Positions 13,930 through 28,877 of a stretch of 64,000 nt of DNA are shown here, piece after piece (position 1 is the stretch's first letter; every line of letters starts with the position of its first letter). The translations under genes and the position numbers were made by a program. Below the pieces are notes generated by a model. It saw only the letters and a program-made list of their open reading frames with translations. It had not been told where the DNA came from and did no database searches. The stretch is from positions 76,570,001 to 76,634,000 of the forward strand of contig OZ024745.1 in the NCBI GenBank assembly GCA_964016885.1, in the 5' to 3' direction. The stretch is from Eledone cirrhosa. Its lineage: Eukaryota.

Positions 13930-14350
13930 ACGTTCAAATCAGTCGGAGGTTAACTTTGCATTTCAGCCATCTGGGTTCTCGAAAAGTATCAATCAAATAC
14001 CTAAGTCGATTTAATCGACTTTACCCTCCACCCCAAAATGTCTGGACTTGTGCCTAAATTATTCATATTCATTATTATTGTTCATTCGAGGTCAACTTTG
14101 CCTTTCATCCTTACGGGGTCGATAAAATAAAGTACCAGTAATGTACTGGTTAATTGCTGGCCTTGTGCCAAAAGTAGGAACAATTATTATTGGTGTTATT
14201 ATTTTCATTATTATTGGACTGAGTTCAAATCCCGCCAAGGTTAACTTTGCCTTTCATCCTTACCGAGTCGATAAAATAAAGTACCAGTAATACACTGATA
14301 TAATTGCTGGCCTTGTGCCAAAAGTAGAAACAATTATTTTCATTATTATT
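13930..14350 (+). mobile_element. Three tandem Nin-domain SINE pieces separated by ATT-rich tails
   Basis: Cores near 13945, 14088 and 14235, each followed by ATTATT-rich sequence. Confidence 0.8.
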
Positions 14351-14604
14351 AATGTTTTGTTACTGTTATTAATGTTGCTTTTTTCGGAGGTGGGGTGTAT
14401 TTATTTGAACATACCCGAACGCCAGCCTTATGTTCATGGGAAAAAAAGCAATAACGCGCACTTGCACTTCCTTCCCACCACACACCCACACCCACACCCA
14501 CACCCACACAATCGTACTCATACAAACACATACATCTGCGCGCACATACACACAAATAGACAGTGATTAATATAGTGATGATAACCATATTGGAAGTGAG
14601 TGGT

Positions 14605-14795
14605 GTTGGTAGAGCTGTGATCAAAAGCATTCCTGCCATGACTATCCTACTCTTTTAAAAAATTTTTTTTTTATTGGGGGTTATCTAGAACTACATTACC
14701 TTGTGTAAATTATATAATACTGAAATATGTTTTAGAGAAAATTCGACTGCTATTTCTAGCAGGGTGAGCGACCACATAGAGACCACCCACGTTCA
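14605..14795 (-). mobile_element. Old SINE-like repeat (also near 21350-21595, 51547-51700, 52025-52085 and 52548-52735)
   Basis: Shared motif ATT(C/T)G(A/G)CTGCTATTTCTAGCAG..GAG(C/T)GACCAC.TAGAG. Several copies have a GTTGTTTA end. Strand is inferred from that end. Confidence 0.5.
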
Positions 14796-14884
14796 TGTAG
14801 GTGGTATTGGAAAATTATGGAATTGGGCGTTTGAAATGGTAGCGGTATAACATTATGGTTATTCAGCGTCTCACATGTCTACTG

Positions 14885-14932
<48 letters not shown>

Positions 14933-14977
14933 CACTGTGTGTGTCCGTTTGTGTATGTGTGTATACATATTATATAT

Positions 14978-15041
<64 letters not shown>

Positions 15042-15142
15042 GCAAGAGATGTCAACATGAATGGACCTGTTATTTTTATCTAAAGACATTTTTTCCAATT
15101 CCACCCCGCCCTTCCCTTCAATCTATCTTATTTCTCATTCTT

Positions 15143-15178
15143 TCTTCTGATGAAGTACTAGCGTCCGAAACGTTAAGA
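15143..15178 (+). ncRNA. Minimal hammerhead in a Penelope-like 3' end (about 15060-15265)
   Basis: tctt CTGATGA agtac-tagc-gtcc GAAA cg TT aaga, with palindromic ACGT as stem III. It follows a pyrimidine tract and precedes (TA)n. Stem II has one mismatch. Confidence 0.65.
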
Positions 15179-15283
15179 CCCTCTCCCTGCTATATCAAGC
15201 GTTAACCTAATATATACTTTCCATATACTGTACCGATTGTGTTGTTAATTCTGCTTACCTTTTACATACATATATATATATAT

Positions 15284-15353
<70 letters not shown>

Positions 15354-15359
<6 letters not shown>

Positions 15360-15539
15360 TAAGAACAAAAGATGGTTAAAAGAGTTCCATGTATTTTATT
15401 ATGCGCATTTCAAATACATGGAACTCTTTTAACCATCTTTTGTTCTTATATATTATGTATACTCCAGTCCTACAAACTGTAGAGTGCTTCTTATCCGATA
15501 TCTGCATTGCTTTATTGTACTACAATAAAACTCACCTCC

Positions 15540-15542
<3 letters not shown>
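15354..15542. mobile_element. (TA)n-embedded hairpin-plus-tail unit
   Basis: Perfect 43-bp arms at 15354-15396 and 15412-15454, a 15-nt loop, and an 88-nt tail containing AAACTGTAGAGTGCT (shared with 411-425). Confidence 0.8.
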
Positions 15543-15577
<35 letters not shown>

Positions 15578-15666
15578 ATGGAAAAATTTGAACAGGAACA
15601 AAACAGAGAGGCAGTACAACGAATCTTTATTCATTTCACGCTCTGGAGAGTGGGGTGGTGGTGGGG

Positions 15667-15700
15667 AACGACGTTTCGGGCATAAGCCCTTCCTCAGGTG
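15667..15700 (-). ncRNA. Minimal hammerhead in a Penelope-like 3' end (about 15572-16120)
   Basis: Minus strand reads cac CTGAGGA agggc-ttat-gccc GAAA cg TC gtt, with AATAAA downstream. The upstream part (16005-16100) is homologous to 9675-9790. Confidence 0.7.
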
Positions 15701-16118
15701 AGAAGTGTGTGGGAACAGAGTTCAAAGGGTGTGTAGGGGAGTGGTGGAGAGACATATAGCGAAAGGAAACGGTGCGAATGAAATTAAAAATAAAAATAAA
15801 AATAAAGCATGATCAAAATACGAGGAATGAAATAAAATTAAATATAAAAGCATGATCAAAATAAACTGGAATTAAAAGGGGGGTAAATGAGGTGGTGGAA
15901 GGGTGTGGGGTGTGTAGGGGTGGTGGCGGGTGGAGTGGGGAGAGGGAGACGAGGTGTATACATTATCGGAGAAAGCTTTTAGCGATACTCCGGCCAAATT
16001 CCAACTCAGTCAACAAACATTAGGAAATAAGTGAGTATATTCCTAATTAAGCGTTCGGGGTGCTAACTAAATGTATTGTGTGGAAAATTGGCTGTATTAT
16101 TTCATATGAGATATATCG

Positions 16119-16120
<2 letters not shown>

Positions 16121-16157
<37 letters not shown>

Positions 16158-16234
16158 TACATATATATACATTATATATATATATATATATATACACACA
16201 CATATATATATATATACATTATATATATATATAT

Positions 16235-16265
<31 letters not shown>

Positions 16266-16756
16266 CATTATATATATATATACACACACACAAATATATA
16301 TATACATTATATATATATATACACACACACATATATATATATACATTATATATACACAGACACACACACACACATATATATATATATACATTATATATAT
16401 ATATATACACACACACATATAAATAAATATACATTATATATATATATATACACACACACATATAAATATATATACATTATATATATATATATATATACAC
16501 ACACATATATATATATATATATACATTATATATATATATATATATACACACACACATACATATATATACATTATATATATATACACACACATATATATAT
16601 ATATACATTATATATATATATATATACACACACACATATATATATACATTATATATATATATACACACACATATATATATATACATTATATATATACACA
16701 CACACATATATATATACATTATATATATACACACACACATATAAATATATATACAT

Positions 16757-16840
<84 letters not shown>

Positions 16841-16845
16841 CACAC
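16121..16845. repeat. Compound minisatellite [CAT(TA)n(CA)n(TA)n], units of about 35-55 bp
   Basis: Read directly from the sequence. Confidence 0.9.
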
Positions 16846-16847
16846 CA

Positions 16848-17040
16848 GGGCGGTGGATTGGCAGTATCGGTAGAGGGTCGGACGCCTTGCTTTGACGCAT
16901 AGAGTTACGGCCCTTGCCATTCTGAGTTCAAATCTCGCCGAGGTTAACTTTGCCTTTCATCCTTACGAGGTCGATAAAATAAAGTACCAGTAATGTACTG
17001 GTTTATTGCTGGCCATGTGCCAAAAAGTAGACACAATTAT
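16848..17040 (+). mobile_element. Full-length Nin-domain SINE (short variant)
   Basis: A-box-like TGGCAGTATCGG, B box GAGTTCAAATC, core CCTTTCATCCTTACGAGGTCGATAAAATAAAGTACCAG, and an ATT tail. Confidence 0.9.
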
Positions 17041-17347
17041 ATATAAAATAATTATATATATATATACACACTGCACACATACATATATAGATACATACAC
17101 ATATACATACATATATTCTTGTAATCCTTATTTATTAAAAATGTTACAAGTCAAGCAACGCTCGATGGTTATTTAAGTAGATAGGAAAAATAATCCCGAA
17201 AGGACGGCGCGTTGCACTGTACGCCTTTATCTAATGGAGTGAAAACAAGGATGGACATGAATACAAGAGAAAAAGAAACAATACTACTATTACTATTACT
17301 ACTACTGCTGCTACTGACTGGTGCTGCTACTACTGCTACTACTACTA

Positions 17348-17379
<32 letters not shown>

Positions 17380-17381
17380 AC

Positions 17382-17419
<38 letters not shown>

Positions 17420-17511
17420 ATATTACTACCTCAAAAATGAAGATGAAAGAAAAGAGGGGGAGAGAGAGATAGAGAGATAGAGAGATAGACAGATAGATAG
17501 AGAGAGTAAGT

Positions 17512-17543
<32 letters not shown>

Positions 17544-17616
17544 TAACTGAATGTCATTAAAAAGCAAAAGAAAAAACCCCAGAAAAACAGGATCAAAGAT
17601 GTTCGCAATATTGGTG

Positions 17617-17618
<2 letters not shown>

Positions 17619-17652
<34 letters not shown>

Positions 17653-17836
17653 TATATATGTATATATATATATGAATATATATATATATATATATATGAA
17701 TATATATGTATATATATATATATATATGAATATATATATATATACATGAATATATATATATATATATGTATCTATATATATATATATGAATATATATATA
17801 TTCATATATATATATATATATTCATATATATATATA

Positions 17837-17874
<38 letters not shown>

Positions 17875-17982
17875 TATATATATATATGAATATATATATA
17901 TATATATATATATGAATATATATATATATGTATATATATATGAATATATATATATGTATATATATATGAATATATATATATA

Positions 17983-18022
<40 letters not shown>

Positions 18023-18038
18023 TATATATATATATATA

Positions 18039-18072
<34 letters not shown>

Positions 18073-18206
18073 TATATATATATATATATATTAATATATA
18101 TATATATTTATATATAAATATATATATATATATATTCATATATATATATATATATTCATATATATATTCATATATATATTCATATATATATATATATATA
18201 TATATA

Positions 18207-18252
<46 letters not shown>

Positions 18253-18391
18253 TATATATATATATATATTCATGTATATATATATATATATATGAATATA
18301 TATATATTCATATATATATATATATATTCATATATATATATATATGAATATATATATATATGAATATATATATATATATATATATATATAC

Positions 18392-18464
<73 letters not shown>

Positions 18465-18562
18465 TATATATATATATATATATATATGAATATATATATG
18501 AATATATATATGAATATATATATATATATATATGAATATATATATATATATGAATATATCTA

Positions 18563-18634
<72 letters not shown>

Positions 18635-18693
18635 CATATATATATATATATATATATATATTCATATATATATATTCATATATATATATATTC

Positions 18694-18726
<33 letters not shown>

Positions 18727-18740
18727 CATATATATATATA

Positions 18741-18778
<38 letters not shown>

Positions 18779-19030
18779 TATATATATATATTCATATATA
18801 TATATTCATATATATATATAAATATGAATATATATATATATTCATATATATATATATATTCATATATATATATATATATATTCATATATATATATTCATA
18901 TATATATATATATATATATATGAATATATATATATATATGAATATATATATATATATATGAATATATATATATATATATACGTAAATATATTAACATATA
19001 TATATATATGAATATATATATATATATATA

Positions 19031-19070
<40 letters not shown>

Positions 19071-19088
19071 TATATATATATATATATA

Positions 19089-19128
<40 letters not shown>

Positions 19129-19270
19129 TATATATATATATCTGAATATATATATATATGAATATATATATATATGAATATAAATATATATGAATATATA
19201 TATATATATATGAATATATATATATATATGAATATATATATATATATCGCTAGATTATATATATATATAT
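17619..19270. repeat. 1.65-kb (TA)n array punctuated by TGAA/TTCA
   Basis: Read directly from the sequence. Confidence 0.95.
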
Positions 19271-19366
19271 TTCGAAAAGCGAAAACCAACCAAACAGTGA
19301 GTGTGTTCTGTTATTAATTCTGGCAATATTACACAAATATGACCCTCCCCAAGTATAACAATATAT

Positions 19367-19807
19367 ATATTGTTATAATTTGGGAGGGTCATGTTGCCAA
19401 TAAGAAACACACGCACCACCAGTTTCACTTCAATTTATTATAATAAATTTATAAATTTAGGAATTTATAAATTGCCGGTTGGTTGGTTGGTTCCACAACC
19501 AGATGGTTGTTTATATATTGTCAAAGTTCTTTCGTCACACATTCTGTGACCTCTTTAGTGAAGAGGTCACAGAATGTGTGACGAAAGAACTTTGACAATA
19601 TATAAACAACCATCTGGTTGTGGAACCAACCAACCAACCAACCGGAAATTTATAAATTCCTAAATTTATAAATTCATTATAATAAATTGAAGTGAAACAA
19701 CTGGTGCGTGTGTTTCTTATTGGCAACATGGCCCTCCCAAATTATAACAATATCGGTTTCAACACACGTTTTCAGATAAAGAATCTTGCTAAACGAATTC
19801 AGAAACG

Positions 19808-19810
<3 letters not shown>
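19367..19810. mobile_element. Hairpin of about 190 bp with a 5-nt loop plus a 57-nt tail, in TA context
   Basis: Arms at 19367-19555 and 19561-19753, loop TAGTG, few mismatches or indels. Confidence 0.85.
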
Positions 19811-19844
<34 letters not shown>

Positions 19845-19950
19845 TATATATGGGATAATAAGTTAACGTTAACTATATGAATATATATATATATATATAT
19901 GAATATATATACATGAAAAAAAAATATATATATATATATAACAAATTTAA

Positions 19951-19988
19951 TATAGACCTGTTTCATTCGAAGGAAATCATCAGGATAG
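19951..19988 (-). ncRNA. Minimal hammerhead candidate
   Basis: Minus strand reads ctatc CTGATGA t-ttc-cttc-gaa-t GAAA cag GTC tata. Stem I is weak; the motif abuts (TA)n. Confidence 0.55.
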
Positions 19989-20176
19989 CCATTTCTCTAT
20001 TAAATTTGTTGCTTACACTCTACTAATGTATTGACTACCTTACTTACTGTGGTCACCCCTGATTGAACCCGGAATATGTGTGTGGGTGTGTGTGTATGTA
20101 TTAGTGCGCGCGCGCGTGTGTGTGTGCACGTGTGCATGTATGTGTGCATGCGTGGCGTTTTATATAATGTGTATGC

Positions 20177-20517
<341 letters not shown>

Positions 20518-20524
20518 TATATAT

Positions 20525-20830
<306 letters not shown>

Positions 20831-20906
20831 TGTAGGAGCTGCTATCTCATTCTACAGCTGTTCATGAATGGTGATTGATGGAACTGATGGCGATGATGAT
20901 GACAAC

Positions 20907-20949
<43 letters not shown>

Positions 20950-21179
20950 CTCTTAATAGTGTTGTTGTTCCTGGTGTTGTTGGCAGTGGTGGTAGTGGTG
21001 GTGGGGGAGAAATATGGTAGTTCTATGCATGATGACATGCAAATGATGACGGCGATGATGATGATGATGAAAGTAATTACGAATTCAATGATTAATCGTC
21101 TCAATTGCTTTAAATGTAAAGTAGTGCCGCTACTTCTCTCCCCTCGCTCATCGCTATCATCATCATCATTATCATCATT

Positions 21180-21291
21180 GAAATCCCACCGAGGTTAACT
21201 TCACCTTTCATCCTTACGGGGTCGATATAAATAAAGTACCAGTAATGCACTGGGTAATTGCTGGCCTTGTGCCAAAAGTACAAACAATTAT
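21180..21291 (+). mobile_element. Nin-domain SINE, 5'-truncated
   Basis: Core and tail motifs present. Confidence 0.8.
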
Positions 21292-21820
21292 CATCATCAT
21301 CATCATCATCAATATAATGAACTCCGTCATTACTGTTGACATTGTTGCTGTTGTTTAACCTTAGGTCAGTCCTGAATAATTATACTTGTCATCAAAAAAA
21401 ACCCTTCACAATGATGGGTTCCGTAATATTATTTACTCACTATGCATGTCAGCCTACATTGTCTAATGTATTCGTGTTTCGTTTTTTCCTTCATCTTTTA
21501 CTTTAAAAATCATTAGGTTGTAAATTAGAGTAGATTTGACTGCTATTTCTAGCAGCCCGAGTGATCGACCACGTAAAGGCACCCTCGTTGGCTCGTGACC
21601 ATGAAGAGGTTCGATGTTACTATTGCTTTCAATAGAGTCACACCTCTTTTAACCTATCCTATCGTAGAGTTGAAGTAGCGGGGGCACGTTTAGTGATTGT
21701 CTAATGGTGGTGGCGGTAGTGGAAGTAGTTATTATTAACCCTTTGTTGAATTCATTTAAAATAGTGATAATAATTCATTCATTGATATTCCGTATAGGGT
21801 TAATGGGTAGCTGAAAGGAG

Positions 21821-21933
<113 letters not shown>

Positions 21934-22019
21934 TTCATACGTAACGTATTTATATAAATATGTATAGATATAAATATATAGATACAACTTAATTGCATAT
22001 ATATATCTATATCTATATA

Positions 22020-22050
<31 letters not shown>

Positions 22051-22076
22051 ATATATGTATATATACATACACATAT

Positions 22077-22153
<77 letters not shown>

Positions 22154-22208
22154 AATATATATAAATATATAAGTATGTATATATAAGTATGTATATATAT
22201 ATATATAA

Positions 22209-22350
<142 letters not shown>

Positions 22351-22549
22351 CTCTTTGTGTGTATGTGTGCAGATTCTCATTTTGTATTCTTATTTTGTTT
22401 GTCTGTCTTATACATTTTACATTTACTCTAATGACTTTGTTGGAAACATCCTCCACTCTTTCCTTCCTTTCACTCCCTCTCCACCCACGCTCTGTACATC
22501 AACATTTTCTGGTTTTATCATATGCTACTTCAACCACCTCATATCTCTC

Positions 22550-22645
<96 letters not shown>

Positions 22646-22764
22646 CCCTCGCTCCCTCGCTTATATATATATATATATGTACACGTATATATTTATATTT
22701 TCAAATATATATATCGATTTATCTATATATATATATACGTAAACATTTGTATTTAAATGCATAT

Positions 22765-22850
<86 letters not shown>

Positions 22851-22873
22851 ACACACATACATATATATATATA

Positions 22874-22941
<68 letters not shown>

Positions 22942-23315
22942 AGTGTGAGTAAATTCTCTTTTTACTTCATTGAATAGGCACCTACCTTCCTATTTCTATT
23001 ATGTTTACTGCTCTCTGCAATTCCTTGCTCTTTACTTACTCTGTTTCTGACCTGTCTTCTACTTTATTTGACTCCACCTACCCATCTCCCATCCATGCCT
23101 GTGTTCTGTCATCATCTTTCCACGCAATTTCTTCAACTCTCATTCGTGTTGCCAAACAGTTTTCTTCTCTCTTTCGTTTCTCTCATCTTGTCTTTCTCTT
23201 AATCCTTCTTTTCCACATTCACAACAATATTCACGAAGTTAGTTTCTATACTTTAACTAAAGAGTATCCACCTATCTACACAAACACGCCACCCCCCACA
23301 CGCACACGCACACGC

Positions 23316-23357
<42 letters not shown>

Positions 23358-23456
23358 CCACTCACACACACCCACACCCACTCATACACACGAATATATA
23401 AATATATAGTATGTGTAAGTGCGTATATATATATATATATATGTAAAAAAAATATA

Positions 23457-23504
<48 letters not shown>

Positions 23505-26500
23505 TTTTGCGAGGATAACGATGGTGGTCGACCCTATCGAAAGCTTTCGACTGATCTAAATTGATCAAGGACCCACCCGTGCCAGGTTTCCTAGTTACCC
23601 TCAACACGATGTATCGCATAAGGTGGAGGTTGTCGTGGATGGATCTGTCGGGAATGGCGCATGACTGCGCCTCTCCCACCAGACCACCAACGACAAGCGT
23701 CAACCTCTTTGCTAGCACCTTGACCAAAATCTTGAACTCTGTGTTTAGCAGAGTTATGGGCCTGAAATTATCTATGTTATCCCCCTTCTTCGGATCCTTT
23801 CTCAGCAGCGCCACCGTTCCTCGGCGGCTCACAGAGCAGGGAATTCTCCCGTTCTCTTGCCAGTTGCAGTAGACGTCCGCCAAGAGGCCTCCGAATAAGT
23901 CTGGCATTTGTACGTAAAGTTCATAGACCAGACCATCCAAACCAGGCGATTTACCCCTTCTGCAGCCAGTCATTGCTTCCCGTACTTCAGCTGCTGTTAT
24001 CGGCTTTTCGCAACACTCCGCCTCAGTGACCGAGAGCTGCGGCAGTCGGTCGAGGTAGACACTAACGTCCATCCCTCGATCCGGCCCGCCGCTGCCCCCC
24101 GAACAGCTGAGCGAAGTGTCGCTGAAAAGCTTCACACATTTGCCCGGGATCGAGTAGCATGCGCCCGTCGTGGTCCACCAAAGACCCGATCGTGGCTTTA
24201 TTGCCACGACGCGCCTCCGCCACTCGGGCCCATTGAACGACTTTTGTCCCCTCGTGTCTGAGAGCACGCACCCTAGCTCTGACAACTCAGCCTTCGTGCT
24301 TTGCATTGAAGAATTAGTCAAGGGCCAATTTCGCCGCAAGTACGTCGGTCGCGATGACTTTGCTAAGCGCCTCGTCTAATTTTCTAACTAGTTCTCCCTC
24401 TGCTCTATTTTTCTCTATTGCTAAAGCCTTACTAAACCTAATGACTTTATTCTAATCGCTCTTTTCAGAGCAAACCACCACTTGTTGTTGATGATGGCGC
24501 CCGTCAACGCCCGCTTAACTAGTTCGCTAATCCGGTCTCTGTAGGCCTTGCGCGCTGTTAATGACGCGTTTAGCTTCCAGTAGCCGGGTTCTTGTCTATG
24601 AAGCCTATCTAAGTCAACCACACAGATCACGAATTTGTGGTCCGTGTAGCTGACTATCTTGAATTGTGGACAGTCTATGCTGGACCTATCTATTTCCCTA
24701 CAAAATACTCTATCTAGATATGATCTGGATGATCCGATGCGGTTTGTCCAAGTCCACAGTGGCACATTCGGGAAATCTAATCGGTACCTGTCAGACAGTT
24801 GAAAACGCCTGAGCAGGTTGGTGACGCTCTTGCACCCTCATCCCCTATCCGCTAATCCCACACAGTCCCAGCGTGCATCTAAGATCCCGTTCCAGTCGCC
24901 CACTAACACTAAAGAGCGGGACGTTCCAAGAAAGGTCTCCAGACGCCGGAATAAATCAGGCCGCTCTGCTCCTGTCGGGGCATAGACGGCGCTTGCCCGT
25001 CTCCGCTGGTCACGTCCATCACCACCAACTTACCTTCTGGGTCCAGGAAGATGACCCGTATGGCGAGATCTAAACCTCTCCGAAAAAGCACAGCAACTCC
25101 TCCCCCGATCCAGGACGTCTGGGAGATGCGTATACATCGTAGCCGCCGAAGATCGGTGCGAAGGCCCGTGCTTCGGAGATTCTGGTCTCGCTGATGGCCA
25201 CCACATCTTTAGTGACCTGAGGTCGTTGAGCAGGTGGCCCTGCTTCCATGACGACCCTAAGCCACGCGCATTTATGCTGCCTATTCTGAGTGAGTTCATG
25301 TTGAAATGGAGTGGAAAAGATGGGAAAGACCACTTACCTTACTTCTCGTAGAGGAAGGATGGTTTCTCCATCCTTCTCACTGCTTGTGGTTGCCTCCGGA
25401 AGGATGTCCTTATAAATACTCCTGGAGAGTATTTGTCGGTAGTCTCCGATGTCCTTGGGGAATTTTTGTTTTAGTGTCGTGTACGTTTTCTGTGTGATGC
25501 GAGTGATTTGTATGTGTGGAGGTGGTGTGAATCTTTGGGGTGTTGTGTAGTCTTTTTCTGTGATGCTAGTGTTGTGTTGGGTTGTTCAAATTTAATGCTG
25601 TGTAGTGTGTATCGTTTTGGTTGTTTTGTTTTGTTTGCGTTTGTTGTGGGTTTGTTTCTGTTTCGCTTTTTGGTGACTTTTGTGGTGTTGGTGATGGTGG
25701 TGTTGGCGTTAATGATGGTGATGGTGTTGGTGTTTGTGGTGATGGGGTTGGTGATGCTGGTGTGGATGGTGGCATAGCTGTCCTAACTTTTTTGTTTGTT
25801 AGTTTATTTGTTTCCCCCTGTATTTTGTTTTTGGAGGAGGAAGGAAGAGGATTTTTCTTTTCGGGTTTTTTTTTCTTTTTTTCTTTTTTCCTGATACAGT
25901 TTCCCACTCCTCGTCGTCACAATCTGTCTCCAGTTGCGATAGGTCGGGGAGTAGAAAATCCTCCACAGGCGCTGGTTTGGGTTGTGGCGTGGTGGATGGT
26001 GCTAATTCTGGCGCGGTGGGTGGTGGTGGTGCTGATTTTGCTACTGTTGCTGGGGTTGTTGCTGCTACAGTTGTTTCTGTTTTTGCTGCTACAGTTGTTG
26101 CTGCCATTTCTGCTGCTGGTGGTGTTGATGGTTGAGTCACTGGAGTGGGTAAGAGAGGTGGCCTCAACTTTTTAGCCTGAGGGCAGAAAGCCTTTAGGTG
26201 GGTTCCTTCACCACAAACGACACACCTAGGCCTTCTACCTCAACGATTGCGGTGAGGTGGCTGCCGTCAGTGAGGTCTATCACGTCTGGAACTTCCTCAA
26301 TGCTTTTTTGGTCCGCTTGGATCAGGAGCTCCATCCCAGATCCGGACCAGTTCTCCTGCTTTTCTTTTCAATTATTTTCGTGTTGGCTATTAGCCAGAGA
26401 ATTTCGATGGCCGGTGGAATGTGGGTCACCCTGATCTTCACGAGTCTCTGTCCACAATAGCTTGGGACGAGTGTGAAGTCGTCGCTTCTTAATGGGACCA

Positions 26501-27434
26501 TGGAGTGCTCTCTGGCTTCCTGTGGTGTTCCAAAGAAAACGTCCATGGTTCCATATTTCTGCCTACGTCTGATGTGGGTATTTTTCGCCCACACATGTCC
26601 CACAGCTTTTTGTATTTGGGACTCGGATGCCCGTTCCACTCGGCGTGATTTTGTGTTTATCGTCCGATAAGACACGGTGCATAGACGCCGATGCTCCATT
26701 TTATTAGACTGACCCTGTACCCATTTTTTTTTACCATTCTCTTGGCTTCATTTAATTCATCCTGGCTTACCTCGATTGTTTCGCTTTTCTTGGCTGCTTT
26801 GGCAAAAGACACATTTTGTTTTGCGTTGGTGTTGATGTTGTTGTTGTTATTCTTGCTGTTGCTGTTGTTGTTATTGTTATTTTTGTTATTGTTATTTTTA
26901 GTTTCAGTTGTGGTGGTGGTGGTGGCGTCAGTGGTGTTCGGCGTGGAAGAGTCGATTCTGGGTGAATCCATTTCGAAGTCACGAGATAATAATTTATTTT
27001 TCTTTGTTTTTGTTGTCGCTGTGGTGGTAGTGGGGGTGGCGGCTTTAACAGTTATTGGTAATGGCGGGAAATGAATGTCTGCGGGAGACAAATTTAAATT
27101 ATTGCCACTGCTTATATTTTAAGTGTTGGCAGCTGTAGTAATATTTACAATGGTGGTGTTGGTATGAGGTGTTAGTTTGTGAGGAAGGCTGTCAGCTTCG
27201 TGAGGCTGTGAGGCGTGCATGCTTTTTTCAAAGAAAATTTTTGTTTGATAATTATAAAAGTTTAAATTTTGGGCTCAAGGCCCCAATCTTTTTGAGTGTC
27301 CTTTTCAGAAAGCAATATTTGTGAACTTATAAACACTTAACAACAAAAGTTTTCCATAACTGGCAATTTGAAACAACTGAAAACAACAAACCTTTGCGGA
27401 GCTCACGATAATACGATTTCCTACGTAGGTCGCC
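23505..27434 (-). mobile_element. Tx1/L1-clade LINE with intact 5' end, 3' half missing, frameshifted
   Basis: ORF1 spans about 27091-25300 and includes the CCHC knuckle CVVCGEGTHLKAFC (26224-26183). ORF2 starts at 25299 (MNSLRIGSINARGL) with APE motifs YLDRVF, TDH and YWKLN, and RT motifs KSPGLDG, FRPITLLN and LDQSKAFDRVDH. It then breaks off at (TA)n. The 5' end abuts (TTA)n. Confidence 0.9.
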
Positions 27435-27491
<57 letters not shown>

Positions 27492-27492
<1 letters not shown>

Positions 27493-28035
27493 GCATCAAC
27501 CACCTCCCATACTTGAAAAAGATCACATCTCAATCTTGTGGAACTTTAGCATCCAAACAGACTGAAAAATAGATGCAAATAGACCTGATATAATATTGAA
27601 GTACTTTCAAAGGAGGGTATGCCTGCTAATTGATATGTCTGTTCCAATAGACAAGAATGTATCTATAAAAACATTTGAAAAATTGAGCAAGTATAAGGAC
27701 CTGGAGATAGAAATTGGAAAAATGTGGAAATTGAGAACTAAAACAATACCAGTGGTTGTAGGCGCTCTGGGAATGATACCTAAGGGGTCTAACGACTACT
27801 TATCGCAAATCCCAGGAAACCCGCGTATAGGAGAAATACAAAAGATAGTACTAATGGGAACTGCCCATATACTAAGGAAGATCCTGTCAATATAAGTACA
27901 TCACAAGTCTAAACACTAAGGATGCATGTGTGAATATGTGTGTTCTTTCTTGAACATGGCGGACCTTGTTGTCTCTTGAGGTCACTGGTTGTGACTTGGT
28001 GATAACTCGTATAAACATAAAGCAAGATAAATGCA
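27492..28035 (+). mobile_element. Dong/R4 family B, 5'-truncated copy between (TAA)n tracts
   Basis: Near-identical to 40100-40638; RLE C-terminus (RPD..ID...EK..KYKDL, IPVVVGALG). Confidence 0.92.
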
Positions 28036-28061
28036 AATAATAATAATAATAATAATAATAA

Positions 28062-28875
28062 GGGAAGAAAACGTACATGGTGGATATATCGGTATGGAAT
28101 CGCTCCCGTAAGTTTTTGATTTTTACTTATTTAAAACAACTGTGATAAAATAATTCTTATTACAAATGAAGTATAAGATTACAGTTTTCACGCTCAGCAA
28201 GCCACAACGCATCACATTACGGCATAGGGCCCCAATATTTAATATTTAATTTTGGATCAGAAATGTTATAGTCGAAAAAGAGAAAAATGGCAAAATGTCT
28301 AAGTGGACAGGCAGGCAAATAATTTCACCACCAACACCACCACCGCCACCATCACCACTACCACGCCAAAAACTCTAGTCAAGTTACCTCAACTTCTATT
28401 TCTACTTCAACTTCAACACCATCACTACAGTACTACGATCACATCACCACCACCACTGCCTCATTATCGCTACCGCCGCTATTCTCTCCCACTACCTCCT
28501 GCTAAGACAGGCATCGTAGTATTCCCACTAAAAGAGGAAGGCATCAAAAGATATAAATAGACTGATTTGATGACCCGGTCAAAAAATCAAAACAACAAAA
28601 TACAAAATCAAAACAGCACAGCAGCAACGAAAAACGTAAAGAAAAGAAAAAAGAAAAGAAAAACAGACAGACAGAGAAGGGAAAAAAAAACTAAGTCAGA
28701 CATTCAAACATTACATTACAATGAAACTTATGCTTATTCTTTTTTTTTTTGGGGGGGGGGTTACCTATTTGTTTGTTTGTTTATTTATGTTCGTCTACAG
28801 CGTGATAGTGCCACACTAAAATCACCGGGGGTGATGAAATCACCTGAAGTAATGAAATCACCGGTGGTTATGTAA
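28062..28875 (+). repeat. Duplicated spacer unit following (TAA)n; paralogues at 35707-36445 and 44661-45950
   Basis: GGGAAGA..CTCCCGTA(A/T)GTTTTTGATTTTTA...AAAAGATAT(A/G)AATAGA is present in all three copies. Confidence 0.8.
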
Positions 28876-28877
28876 CC

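Noticed and set aside
25508-26175. Hydrophobic + strand ORFs resembling membrane proteins
   Set aside because: They are antisense to the low-complexity Thr/Pro/Lys region of Tx1 ORF1.
28801-28875. KSP repeats suggesting a neurofilament gene
   Set aside because: Only three 18-bp units followed by a stop, and the paralogue at 45910 has one unit.
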